A stretch of 58,209 bases of DNA from Nemertoderma westbladi (GCA_032718475.1 JAUCBJ010006267.1:1-58209); one strand, 5' to 3'. Shown: positions 1 through 12,060, numbered from the stretch's first letter. Translations and numbers: made by a program. The notes: generated from the sequence alone by a model not told the origin.

Positions 1-160
1 CTTTCCATAAAATATAATTTAACGTTGAGACGAAATATTAATTCGCCGATTGGGCCGAATTATTCATGCAATCTCACTGGGACGAGGAAAAATGAGGGGG
101 GTTGTGAAACCACTGTATGATACCGTTACTTGTCATAAATAAGATATTATAATATTTGAG

Positions 161-367
161 ATGTATTTTTATACCACGACGGAATGCAGAAGGGGGTGGG
201 GGGCTCTTATGTTACAACTAACCTGCATTTTAACTGTATCTAATGAAGGATTCCTGTTATGTATTTTTATACCACGACGGAATGCAGAAGGGGGTGGGGG
301 AGGGTGGGGGGCTCTTATGTTACAACTAACCTGCATTTTAACTGTATCTAATGAAGGATTCCTGTTA
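161..367. repeat. Tandem duplication of a ~100-bp unit (2 copies)
   Basis: ATGTATTTTTATACCACGACGGAATGCAGAAGGGGG...GAAGGATTCCTGTT occurs at 161-258 and again at 259-367, the second with a longer G-run. Confidence 0.9.
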
Positions 368-586
368 TCCATCAGTTTGTCAATGGAGATTTTTATTACT
401 CGGCTGACATCGTCTTTGGTAAGCGGTCGGTCAACATTGAACTAAAATTTAAATATTTTATTATCTGAATTAATTTAGGTTAAAAGACAAAGAACCTATA
501 CGATACCTGCTGCACGTAGCTGCTAGATTGGCTCACTCGATCAACTATAATTTACGGAACACCGCGGCCTGTACGGTACACTGTGT

Positions 587-768
587 AGTCCCATCTTGGT
601 GTAGTGGTTGCATTGAATTCTCAACACCCAGACCCAACAGATCGTGGGTTCGTTCTCCACATGGGGACCAGACCAGGGCAGTTTTCGTTTCGGTACGAAT
701 GCTTTAAAGGGACTAGCCACGGCGCATCTCTTTCTTGTTATCCTTAAATGGTAGCTAAAGGAGTACTG
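587..768 (+). mobile_element. tRNA-derived SINE-like element, copy 1
   Basis: A-box-like TGGTGTAGTGG and B-box-like GGGTTCGTTCTCC. The body (GTTTTCGTTTCGGTACGAATGCTTTAAAGGGACTAGCCA..CGCATCTCT..CCTTAAATGG) recurs at ~15415-15571 (+) and ~48678-48765 (-). Confidence 0.65.
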
Positions 769-2869
769 AACTTAATCCCTGGCCTAACGAAGAAAAATTT
801 ACTTTTCGATAATGATGCAAACAATGCTGTAACTTATGTTTGTACTTTAGTGTTTTACCGCACACACTGCTGACAACTGAGACTGGGTGATAATTAAAAC
901 GAATACAGCCAGACCATAAACAGCAGGCAGCACAGAGGTGCAATAATAATAATACAACTAAAACGAAGTACAAACCTGGTTCTTAGAATCGAGAACGACG
1001 GCCTTTACAATAAAGGCTACCAAAGTTTCAGTGACTGCTTGACCCTTACCAGCACATTCTTGTATAATTTCCCGTATAATATTACGGATTACACTTTCGG
1101 CTTGAGCCCGAGACATCCTTCAGAAAGTACTTGATTACTGGATTATAAAGAGAGCGTTTAATAACTTAATTACTACCGGTACCTATTTAATATGTATTAG
1201 TTATATATGAAAAATTATTGAATCAGTAACTTCTACATGTCTGGTACAGTATTATGCATTGTTATTGGATTACCCTATCAATACAACATTCAGCATTAGT
1301 ATAAGATAATACAAGTTCAATCTACGGATATACTCCGGGATACGGGAAATTCTGTAAGAAAAACAACATCCTGATATAAAAATATCAAGACATTACGCAT
1401 TGTTCTAGATTCCACATTCAGCAGTTCAGTTTTAACTGTTTTAACGGCAAACAGCTATTTAATCCACATAAATAGTTGAATACATTTTTACAGAAAAACA
1501 CTTACACCTAAAATAGTAATAGAATATATCGATAATTCTTAGCTTTTAGAGTAATGATCGTACCGTTACTACAGTACTACACACCCCCATACACATACGG
1601 AACCGGAACTATCATCAATGCAGTATACTGATGTGTATGTAGGGTACCGGTAGTAGGGCTGTAATATCAACCAATTAATTTGTAGCTGGAAGCACATAGA
1701 ATAGTATAATACAGCAATAACTGTAATATTAGAATGCAAAATGATCACTACATCAATATTTAGTACTGTAGTATATAGTATGAACACTATTTCTGAACTA
1801 GTATGTAATCATTCACCTACAGCCCTACGGCAGTACGGCTAATGAAACCGGCAGTGATTAGAAGTATGTTGCACTGAATTACCAGTGCTTGACTGGGCGG
1901 CAGTTTATATTGTTGCCAGGATTTGAAATTGCGTAACCTGGCAACCGTTACTCTGTCCAATTAGAAGTGTTATACATACGTTTCTAAAAATATTACAATA
2001 AAAAGCTTGAAAGAGAAACTATTTCCTACATCATTGTGTGAAAAGTAGCACTATTAAGCTACTTTAGTGGTGCAGTTTTGTTAGGGTAGGGGTGGGGTTC
2101 GTGGCACACTGCTGATGAGGAGAACCACGAATACCAGGGTTCAGTGTTTAAATCTCCGAAACCCCTTTATTTTGATAACATTTATTACTTAGACTTACCT
2201 TTTCGGCGGACAAAATGTCCTATATTTTTCGTAATTTATGGGATAGCCTATTTCGTGCAATACTTACCGGAACCTGTAGTTACTGTATGGTTTGGTGTAA
2301 TTTTTCTTGTGGTAGTTGGGTTGGGTTATGTAGCACTAAAATCGATTTGGTATTTTGTTTTTTGATGGGCCTTAGTGCCTGAGTACTAACAGTGGCCCAA
2401 GTGGCCCTAAATGCTAGGTAGAATCTGGGGGAATAAGACCCCATGTCCTATTTTATTGTTTTCATATTAAGCGTTATGACCGGCACCGGAGTAGTTTACA
2501 TAAATATACACGGGTCATAAAATAAACGCTGAATAGTGCCCTTTTTACACAATGACAAATGGGGTGCCTAATTTTGTTACATTATTATATCAACTTATCG
2601 GAGTTCTGAAATGCTTAATTATTTAGCTGATTTATGAATATTAATGAAATCAATCTATTTTATTGGCCCTTGTGGATGGAGTATAATATGACTTTCTGGT
2701 GTAACATTTCACTTTGAAGTTTACCCAATGTGATGGATACCAGGTTTTCATAAAAAAAACCCAGGTTATAAAATGGCTGAATCTAACCAAAACAATAAAC
2801 AAGAACTAAGCGCTATAAAAAACACTTGATAAGGATAAATTTGCCGAACTCCAGAGCGTCATACTCATA

Positions 2870-3398
2870 AAGCGAGTTGATTTTATGAAATTCCTGTAGA
2901 GGTATGGAAAAAGGAGAGCTGAACAAACCATTTTGGATGCTTGCAACGATATGTTGAAAGGGGAAAAGCCACCACCAATAAAGCATCTTCCCAAGAAAGG
3001 AGAATTCGGTATACCAACAAACTATCGTTGGATCATCCCCCTTGTGAAAAAAAAGAATGCCATATACAAACGCCGAGCTTTATGGTACAATACGACCTGT
3101 ATCAACCACCCTCCGTGAACACAGATTAAGATTCAATGGGTTCTGCTGGAGAAGTAAAGACGAAAGACGAGGTTCATAACATATCTACTTTTCTGGCAAC
3201 CAACACAAGGAAAGCGTGGCCGTGGACGACTGGCTATGACATATATAGACCAGCTTGAAAGGGATAATGAACTTGGGAGAAACGAAATTGATGCAACTAT
3301 GGAGAATCGGGAAGCCTGGAAGGATCTCATTTCCACTGACCAAGTTCACTCGACCTGGTATTCTTAACATGGGCGTTATTATTATTATTTATTATTAA
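2870..3398 (+). mobile_element. Degenerate, internally deleted RTE-type LINE (family A) with 3' end
   Basis: Translates to LPKKGEFGIPTNYR (RT N-terminal PKKGD..NYR motif) and then to C-terminal LFWQPTQGKRGRGRLAMTYIDQLERD..MENREAWKDLI. Ends in a (TTA)n tail; contains frameshifts. Confidence 0.85.
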
Positions 3399-3814
3399 TT
3401 CAACCATGAATATCATATCTAAAATACTGGCACAGTTATTATAGGTAAGAAAAAATAATTAATTAAAAAAAATAATATTAATATTAGAATTCCAAAACCA
3501 TAAGACATTATATCATTTTAAAGAACTTTAAAAATACATGATACCATTCATTACCCAAGCCATGAGTCTAAGAAGTTAAATTATACAAGAATCACAAAGA
3601 GAAATAAAGTCTAAAGGGACAAATAAAAGTAAATAAACACACAAATATTAAGTGATTTCAAGCCTAGTTTATTGTTTAGAAACACTGTCATCAAGTAACA
3701 GTTCCCAAAACCTGCATAACAAATTTATTGCCTTGAACTTAACAAGTAAGTATAATAGGAATATAGGCTAAAGGCTGGCATAAATCAAATATCAATGACG
3801 GCCTACTATTGTCA

Positions 3815-5974
3815 TTAATTCATACCTGTCTGATACATGGACTGTAAACACTTTGTGAGTCGCTTAATGATACAGTCGACGTCAACCTTAGTCATACCGA
3901 CAGCGGCGGCGAAGGTTAGATAAGGAAGATTCGGGTAACTGTTGCTATGGGAACCAAAATTAATAAATTTGTGACCACCAATGACTTGAGGTTGGCGAAC
4001 TGAATCCACGACGCGACTGCCAGATACATTACGATGAAATAACATGGAACCCAACTGAGTGGCTGAGTGAGCCGCCTGGGTAGTGGCGTCCTGGGTGGCT
4101 GAGTGAGCCGCCTGGTTAGTGGCGTCCTGGGTGGCTGAGTGAGCCGCCTGGTTAGTGGCGTTCTGTTCGGCTGGTTGGGTGGAGGACTGGTCTGCTGGTT
4201 TTGTGGCGGACTGGTCAGTCGGTTGGGTGGCGGACTGGTCAGTCGGTTGGGTGGCGGACTGCTCTGTCGGTTGGGTGGCGGACTGCTCTGTCGGTTGGGT
4301 GGCAGACTGGTCTGTCGGTTGTGTGGCGGACTGGTCTGTCGGTTGTGTGGCTGACTGGTCTGTCGGTTGTGTGGCGGACTGGTCTGTCGGTTGTGTGGCG
4401 GACTGGTCTGTCGGTTGTGTGGCTGACTGGTCTGTCGGTTGTGTGGCGGACTGGTCTGTCGGTTGTGTGGCGGACTGCTCTGTCGGTTGGGTGGTGGACT
4501 TCTCTGTCGGTTGGGTGGCAGACTGGTCTGACGGTTGTGTGGCGGACTGGTCTGTCGGTTGTGTGGCTGACTGGTCTGTCGGTTGTGTGGCGGACTGGTC
4601 TGTCGGTTGTGTGGCGGACTGGTCTGTCGGTTGTGTGGCTGACTGGTCTGTCGGTTGTGTGGCTGACTGGTCTGTCGGTTGTGTGGCGGACTGGTCTGTC
4701 GGTTGTGTGGCGGACTGGTCTGTCGGTTGTGTGGCGGACTGGTCTGTCGGTTGTGTGGCGGACTGGTCTGTCGGTTGTGTGGCGGACTGGTCTGTCGGTT
4801 GTGTGGCGGATTGTATAACGGCCTGACCGACACGACCGGAAAGCGTGATAGCTATAGATATTCCGTTGTGTGGAGTCTCCAGGACTCGCAAACCAAACTG
4901 CGCCGCCAACGAGGTCAGCTCACGCTTCAAATAAATATAAACTTCTTTCCGGCTACGCAATAACTCCCGATAACCATCTCTGCCCATCGATAAAAGAGTG
5001 ATAAAAACATCTATAATCGGTGTGGCACTGGCCCGGCCCGGGTATGTTTTACTAACTAAAGAGATTAACTCAGCTTTAGGAGAGGCTATTATAGCCCCCC
5101 CAACCGGTACCATGAAATTCTTATCTGTACTCTGAACTACTAAGTCGAGGAGGCCTTTACGGGAAGCCTCATCGACAAGGTGGCAGCATTTAGAGTTTTG
5201 GAGGCCGTAGGCGTTGTTTACCAGATGAAACACACCGAAACGTCGGCAAATAGATCCGATCAGGTCTAATCGGTCTGGCACGCGAGGAGCGAAGCAGGAC
5301 GTAGTCGAGAGAACGCTGAGGACTAACGACGGATTAATCTCAGAGAGTTGAGTCTCAATCTCCGAGACGTCGCTAGTTAATTCGTCTCCAACAAGTTTGT
5401 TTTCAACAACAACCGGTACCAGTCCGGCCGCAGTAATACATTTGTAACAGGATTTCTGGTCAATTCGAGGCCAAATCACGTATTTCGCTGTTGGTTTTTG
5501 ATTTTTCAGGGCCAGCAAACAAATGGTAAGCGCCATTCCCGTAGCCACTGGGACGATTACGCAATCCGTTAGGGAGTTGATACCGGATAGTTTGATCGCG
5601 TCGAGAACAAGATTGTTAGCGAGTTTATTGAGGAGGCTGGATCCAGCCGCTTTGGGTTGGACTGCTGATATATCGCCGGATCTTCCGATACCGTGTGCAA
5701 ACCGGAAGTGACGTCGTTCGACCAGACCGGAGTATACACGTCCCTCCCTTTCGCCGGCACCGACGTTGCCAGAGAAGTTGTTGGTATCCATGGCAGCCAA
5801 CTCATTGAGTAGCAACTCTATGGTGGCGTCGTCCCACCCATGAATAGGAATTTTACGGTGTTCCAGGAGAACACGAATTAGGTTATGTTTAGATTGGATT
5901 CCTTGCTGACCTTGTACGATGTATGTCTTTGGAACAAGGCGTTCAAGAAACGGTAACCAATCACAATTATTCAT
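3815..5974 (-). CDS. SEPSECS: O-phosphoseryl-tRNA(Sec) selenium transferase (SepSecS), single ORF, with in-frame repeat insertion
   Basis: 719-aa ORF with SepSecS motifs GAGEREGR, HGIGRSGDI..QPKAAGSSL, VPVATGM, WPRIDQKSC, TTSCFAPR, NNAYG, PLP-lysine motif QSTDKNFMVPVGG, YPGRAS, LGSMLF.R.VSG.RVV and FGSHS. Confidence 0.97.
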   Translation of the reverse strand: MNNCDWLPFLERLVPKTYIVQGQQGIQSKHNLIRVLLEHRKIPIHGWDDATIELLLNELAAMDTNNFSGNVGAGEREGRVYSGLVERRHFRFAHGIGRSGDISAVQPKAAGSSLLNKLANNLVLDAIKLSGINSLTDCVIVPVATGMALTICLLALKNQKPTAKYVIWPRIDQKSCYKCITAAGLVPVVVENKLVGDELTSDVSEIETQLSEINPSLVLSVLSTTSCFAPRVPDRLDLIGSICRRFGVFHLVNNAYGLQNSKCCHLVDEASRKGLLDLVVQSTDKNFMVPVGGAIIASPKAELISLVSKTYPGRASATPIIDVFITLLSMGRDGYRELLRSRKEVYIYLKRELTSLAAQFGLRVLETPHNGISIAITLSGRVGQAVIQSATQPTDQSATQPTDQSATQPTDQSATQPTDQSATQPTDQSATQPTDQSATQPTDQSATQPTDQSATQPTDQSATQPTDQSATQPTDQSATQPSDQSATQPTEKSTTQPTEQSATQPTDQSATQPTDQSATQPTDQSATQPTDQSATQPTDQSATQPTDQSATQPTDQSATQPTEQSATQPTEQSATQPTDQSATQPTDQSATKPADQSSTQPAEQNATNQAAHSATQDATNQAAHSATQDATTQAAHSATQLGSMLFHRNVSGSRVVDSVRQPQVIGGHKFINFGSHSNSYPNLPYLTFAAAVGMTKVDVDCIIKRLTKCLQSMYQTGMN
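4053..4812 (-). repeat. Coding minisatellite: ~27 x 24 bp (SATQPTDQ) plus ~3 x 36 bp (SATQDATNQAAH)
   Basis: The + strand unit GGCGGACTGGTCTGTCGGTTGTGT is directly visible, in frame within the SEPSECS ORF with no stops. Confidence 0.97.
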
Positions 5975-6204
5975 ATTCCACTATTCCAGGACTTAATCGT
6001 ATAGGCCTACTATGCCAGTATGCTATTGCTATAACTGTATAATACTAAGCTTATTTCCGGTATTATTACATACTGTAGTATGATTCTGACAGTGTGACAC
6101 CAATGCTACAGTGCTACACCAGTGCTACACTGTACTATAACTGTATAAGACATGCCGCCAGCCGTGCAGCCAACTGCTAGTCCCAACTGCCCAATACAGA
6201 AATG

Positions 6205-6405
6205 GTTGGTGCGCGAAAAAATTGTTGGGCTAAAACAATCGAATAAGGGATAACAAGTTGCTCTGACTGTCTGAATCGAGTGGCGGGGCCGGGGGTGTCT
6301 TTTTTGTAAGGACACGTGGAACCGGTCGAAATGGCGGGTTTAAGTAAGCGCGGGAAGTCAATTTTGAAAATCGGCTGGAGTGGCTGCTACAGATTTGACG
6401 TCATT
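6205..6405. promoter_or_regulatory. Probable SEPSECS promoter region
   Basis: CpG-richer patch 230-430 bp upstream of the ATG, with GCGCGAAAA and GCGGGAA (E2F-like), AAATGGCGG (YY1-like) and a perfect TGACGTCA at 6396-6403. Motif inspection only. Confidence 0.4.
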
Positions 6406-8389
6406 ACAACAGTACAATACAGCAATAATATAAAGTGTTCTCAGAATTTCTTATCTTGATTTCTATATTCTATGGCTGTATTGGAGTGTATAGTGTGTAT
6501 GAGTCATAAACTGACGTAAATACAGAAATAGGCCTAATGGTTAGGACTGTCAATTTTGTTGCTTTCTCTTGGTTAGTGACCATTATTTGCAAATCCAATC
6601 CATCATCCAAATCCAAAACTCTTTTCGTCACTTTGTTCTCAGGTAAATTGTAGCAGTGGAACTGAATAACTTTGTTTGGGGTTGGGGGGCGCCTTGTTTG
6701 GGTGTTGGGGGTAAACGCTGCGCCCACACTTACACCCTACACCACAGGCAGGTTAGTAGTAAAGAAGCCGGTTAAAACGGTTGAAACGGAAAGTATTTAA
6801 TGCAGGTGTGATGACGGCGAATTTATAGCTGTGAATCGGTTAGGTAAACAGTTATAAACATGCTGAAATCAGCTATTGACGTCCGACTTCAGATTTGCCA
6901 TGATCTGCTTCACCAGAATTTATTATTCTCACTCGTCAAAGAAAGAGTTTATTGTCCACCTCAGCAGAACCGAACCTACAATCCCCCCTCTCATATTCGC
7001 CATGGCTTTAGCTCGACTTACCTTACCTTACCTTTACTTCTGTCTCATTATGAAAAACGACTGATTATGCCTGCTTAACTTATTAAAATTTAATTAACTA
7101 CACAGTACTACCTTAGCGACTTATTTCTTGTTGTTACCAACCAATCCCGGAAAAAATAACATAATCGCAATGATAACCTATCTAAAAATAGTGTTATTTT
7201 AGTCCTAGGAAAAAATAACACATTTATTTTTCAACACTCCGGTATCTGCATGTTGAAATTATATTTATGCCTGTTTGCCGTGTTGTGAATACAGTAGTTA
7301 GCTTACCGTACCTTTACTAACATGAGTGAAAGTGAAAGTTGTAAGAATAAGACTAGCGTAGGCTTATGGTATGTTTTCAGTTCAGCTCTCGGGGCAAATA
7401 CCACACCCTGGTTTGCCATTCCGCAGGGTGGGTGTCGCAATGGAGTCAGATATGAGGCCCATCACCCATATCTACTCTGGCGCACATGACCCACCATTGG
7501 CTGTTGCAGCTCATCTGCTGGGTCATGCCCTGTACCCTTGCTGCCAGGTGCAGGTCGCAGTGAAGTGCTCTCAGAGTGGACATGAGAACACTCTGCTCCT
7601 GACCAGCCATTGGTAGATCACCATCTGCCTGGTCAGGCCATATACCCCTGCAGCCAAGTATATGGGTCCTTAATCCAGGACCAAGGGCGTCCTTATCCCA
7701 GAACGAAGGGGGTCCTAGTTACAGGACCAGATTTGCCCTAGTAAAAGGGTCTATGCAGCTACAGGTGGCACCTCCTTTATGCTGCATGGAGGTGGCAAGT
7801 TTTCTTGATCAATGACCTAGAATACCTGACGCTGACCTGACCTGAAGGTTCAGAGTGTAGGTAGACTGACTGAATGCATCGTACAGTACAGGTAGCGGTA
7901 CCACAGCTTCCTTTAAGGTCTCAATCACATCACTGCCTTACAACTACAGAACCTACCTGACCGGTAGGCCTACAGAACAGAGCATATTGGGGAATAATTT
8001 AATGTACCGGTACTAGCAAACTAAACGGGAAATGCAGTACTGGTAGGCCTACACTACAAAGTTCAGATTGCACACTCAACTCAGCCTACTCAGAGATCTT
8101 TTACTTTCGGTATTTGACAATTATGGTCAGCAGCATCCTGATCATGGCAGGAATGCCATTCTCAACAGTTTCTACGATTCTACCGTAAAGACGGACGTAC
8201 CAGACAGACAGACTTGTACCTACCAGTTGTAAATAACGTAGGTTTACATACTGCACATGCACAATGCTGTAGAACTACGGTACCGGTACAACGATAATAA
8301 AATTTAAGAAATTCCACCAAAAAATTTAAATGTTTTCTCCAGCTTTTGGTCTAAATTCGGGCGAAAAAGTAACAATTTAAGAATAAATA

Positions 8390-9050
8390 ATTATTTATTA
8401 CATGGGAAAAAAATTAGAACTTTTTTTCATTATTCTCGAGGCATTTTATTTACCGAGCTTCAGCGAGGTTAATAAAGGGTTGATAGAATATTGAGAAACA
8501 AAATGTTCTACTTTTTTCTCATATACTGTAATACGTAAGTTTATTCCTTAAGTTAAATTGGTACATCGTATACAGTATGGTAGGCCTACAGTACATTGGA
8601 TAAGGTACAGCGATATAGTGTTACAAAATAAATTAAGCTGTAGTATTTTACTATATTGCTTCCAAAGGTACTGCGATTCAAATTCTTGTACTCTGGGTTT
8701 AACTCATGATTCTGATTACTCAACGTTAAATAATTCAATGTTCTCAAATATTTATTACGTAACTAGAGAGCCGATTTACAACATAAACCAATATTGGATA
8801 TTGAGTTCCGTTTTGGAGTACGCCTTGTAAATACTAAAGTTACAATAACTTTTGAGTGCGTGCATAGATTTAACACAAATTACTTGCAAACCTTTTCTAC
8901 GTCGATGTTCTTGCAACACAATTAATGAAATTTAAAAAATGACACCAAAAATATTTTATTTTCCTATTTTCGCCGGGAAAAAAGTAAAATTAATGCAATC
9001 GTATGGTTACTATTTTCCTATGGAAAAAGTACCTCCTTTTCCCGATTTTT
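8390..9050. mobile_element. Dispersed non-autonomous element with a foldback head
   Basis: 8390-8545 is an imperfect palindrome centred on CCGAGCTTCAGCGAGG. 8609-9050 aligns with 38101-38562, and parts recur at 48810-49147. Confidence 0.75.
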
Positions 9051-10001
9051 GGGTATACAGTATTCGATCGAAAGAGTACGTGTACGCTAACAATATTACA
9101 TACAGTAAGTTGTGAAATCGGTATTACTGTTGACATTAATATGTAAAATTTTTACAGCAATCTAACGTGTAATGTATACCTACTGTACGTTATGTTACCC
9201 TGTTAGGTTACCCCTCCCTATAAGAAAATACAATATGTCAGTATGTGTGTGATTATTTTTTGTGAATGATTTTTACCCTTTCGCGAGTCGCACATGCACT
9301 GGTTTCGGAAACTTGGGTTTCATTGAATTTTGAAGTACAAAAAATCAAGTGTGGCGGAATTTATTGCATCGAAACGAAGTCTTTGGGTTAGGCCTACTTT
9401 ACATACATTTTCTGCCATTTTTTATACAAAGGTAAATGCTGAGTGATAAAATAAAAATATGCATTGCGTGTGCAATAAATCGTTAAAATGCATCAATGCG
9501 TCTTTTCACCTATTCTCACACGAATGGTTCTGTCTACATTGTGTCTCACCCAATTCCACACGATGTAACGCTCTCAGCTGTCCCGAGTAGACTCCCATCA
9601 CTATCATCGTGTTACCTATACATACTGTGGAATGGAAATAAATTCTAGTATTTTCTATCATTTATTTTATATTATACTTTATTATTTGATCTATTATATT
9701 TATTAGTTTTTTTTACTTTATTCCAGTTTACCCGCCAGGGGGAAATTGTTAGGCATAGGCCCGCTCATGTTATTTATTTATTTTATGCCTTGGCCGCTCG
9801 TGTTATTTATTAATTTGTAATTAGTGTCTCCCCCCAAAATTTCCAAGCCCCATTTTTATATTTCTACCCCCAAACAAAACCCTTTTAGAAATCTAGGGTA
9901 TCTGGATGGGTTTGGTATATTGTAAATTAATAGTGGCTTCTTGATATAAACATGATGTACAGTAGTTGGTTATTTTTTCCGAGATTAGTTGGTAACAACA
10001 C

Positions 10002-10139
10002 ATTTATTACCCTGATATTTTGTTATTTTTCCAGTTATTTTAACCCTCGGAACAGGAAAGCCTCGGCTACGCCTCGGCTAGTTCCTGTTCCTCGGGTTAA
10101 AATAACCGGAAAAATAACAAAATATCAGGGTAATAAATA
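10002..10139. mobile_element. Foldback/palindromic MITE-like element
   Basis: Arm ATTTATTACCCTGATATTTTGTTATTTTTCC..AACAGGAA and its reverse complement flank the core AGCCTCGGCTACGCCTCGGCTAG. Confidence 0.85.
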
Positions 10140-10996
10140 TAGATATTGAGTAAATTTTGGATTGGCGATAGGCTGAATGTCAAGGGACTAAAATTAAATA
10201 ACTAGAATCTAACTTATGTAATTCCACCCATAAACGATATGCATTTAGTTTTGAAGTAAATAGTTATAAGTGCTATCGCCGTTGGTAGATAACAAGTACA
10301 ATTAATAATAATTCTCATTTAATTACGGAAAAACAAAATGTTGTAAAAATTGCCTCGTCCTTTTCGTAATTACCCTAGGCAATATGACCCATGTAATGCT
10401 ATTTAGGAGGTCATCTCACACATGTTCATATCTCAACATGGTTTGCCTCGCATCATCGGAAGGACTACGCTCTATAGAAATATCATTGATTGATTTTTCT
10501 CAACGTTTTGTTTTCCAGATGGCCATAATTATTATAAGAATAAAAAACATAACTATTTAATAATCCTTATTGATTAAAATGTTGCCCATGGCATAGAATA
10601 TGGTATTTAGGAAGCCACACATGACACACTATATTTATTTTAAGCGCTAAAGAAACGTCAGAAACTTTTCAAGTAAAAGGTAAGAAGTAGTACATAAACT
10701 ACAGTAACATTCGTAACTCTTAATAATGTCAGAGGGTTTCGTAATCTAAGGTAATTAAGGAAACTTACAGTCACTTTTATGGTAACTGTTACAATCCCTA
10801 AGTTTCTCAGTCCTTCATCAACCGTATAGGCCTATCATTTGCGTAGTCCAATATAATTTCTTTCTCAATTAATATTTTTTGTGATTTTTTACTATAAAAA
10901 GAATAAATAATATTTTTTCACTCATCAATAATGATTATTAATATATTTTTTTCAGAGCCAATAAAATATCAAGAAAGAAAGAAATAAACAAATACA

Positions 10997-11078
10997 ATGA
11001 TGTTTCTACGCGGTTTTTCAATCGCACTTGTTATTGTTGGAGTTTCCTCTGCGTGCGAGAACTCTTGCGTGGATCCGG
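10997..11078 (+). CDS. Secreted uncharacterised protein, coding exon 1 (signal peptide)
   Basis: MMFLRGFSIALVIVGVSSA-CENSCVDP(G). Upstream acceptor tttttcag at 10955; donor G|gtacgt, phase 1, compatible with the next exon. Confidence 0.8.
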
Positions 11079-11543
11079 GTACGTTCGTTATATTGTTTCA
11101 TTTAGCAAAATTTAATATGTAACGCATTAAATATCACTTTCTATTCCGAATATACTGTGAAATCTGGGCGGGGGAGATGATTCATTTTTTCTTAGAAAAA
11201 ATGAAAGGATTGTATGTTTTATTTCCCAGATTGAAAAGTAACTTAGAGAAAGGTAGAAATACTTTTGGTAGAATTTCTCAAATTGTTAGCATTATCTTGT
11301 AATTTCAAACAACGTCGCTCCAACCTATTAAACAGTAGTTTTCTAGTAGACCTAAACATAGAAAATTACTTTATTTATACATAATTTTCATTATGATATC
11401 AACACTTTATTTAGAGTAGTGACAAAAAGATCTTACTTTTCTTCTCAATTAAATAATCACCCTTTGGCCTACTAGTACAGTAGTATGTGCACTAATATCT
11501 TCTTTATTGTTAAACATTTCACAAATTTGAACTGCTTTTTAAG

Positions 11544-11704
11544 GATATGAATTGGCCTTTAAAGTCTGGGCCTGTTCAAATGAGGATGTGTTGGATTTAT
11601 GGAAGAGCGAGAGATTAGAAGGATGTGGAGCTGCAGCTACCAATCTACTTGCTGGGGGGAGTTACAAATCGGAACGAGTTAACACTTGGCACAATGTGAA
11701 GAGG
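11544..11704 (+). CDS. Secreted uncharacterised protein, coding exon 2
   Basis: tttttaag|GA YELAFKVWACSNEDVLDLWKS...SYKSERVNTWHNVKR|gtaatt; phase 1 to 0. Confidence 0.85.
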
Positions 11705-11804
11705 GTAATTCATATTAATAATATACAGTATATATACAATTATAGGTTTACATGAGTCAATTTGATATATTTCGGTTTAAATAGTTGAAAGGCAATATAA
11801 TTAT

Positions 11805-12060
11805 GATTTATATTAAACATTAAATTATTGGAAGTACAGTAATTAAAAACAAATAAATAAGTAAACCAGTTAAAAACGTTAATGCATTTCAAAATCTTCA
11901 GAACGTCTGGTTTTCAAAAATAATAAATGTCATTTTAACTTTTATTATTTTTGAAAACCAGATGTTCGGAAGATTTTGAAATGCATTAATATTTTTAATA
12001 TCATGTTCACTTATTTATTTGTTTTCAATTAAGACTTCTAATAATTTAATGTTGTATAAT
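11805..12060. mobile_element. AT-rich foldback element (~120-bp arms) in an intron
   Basis: AATGCATTTCAAAATCTTC..TCTGGTTTTCAAAAATAATAAA is mirrored by TTTATTATTTTTGAAAACCAGA..GAAGATTTTGAAATGCATT; the outer arms also pair. Confidence 0.85.

Noticed and set aside
3400-3815. SECIS element in the SEPSECS 3' region
   Set aside because: SEPSECS has no in-frame TGA, and I could not identify a SECIS-like stem by eye.
3916-4963. Alternative-frame and antisense ORFs over the SEPSECS repeat
   Set aside because: Shadows of the 24-bp repeat; only the SEPSECS frame has conserved flanks.
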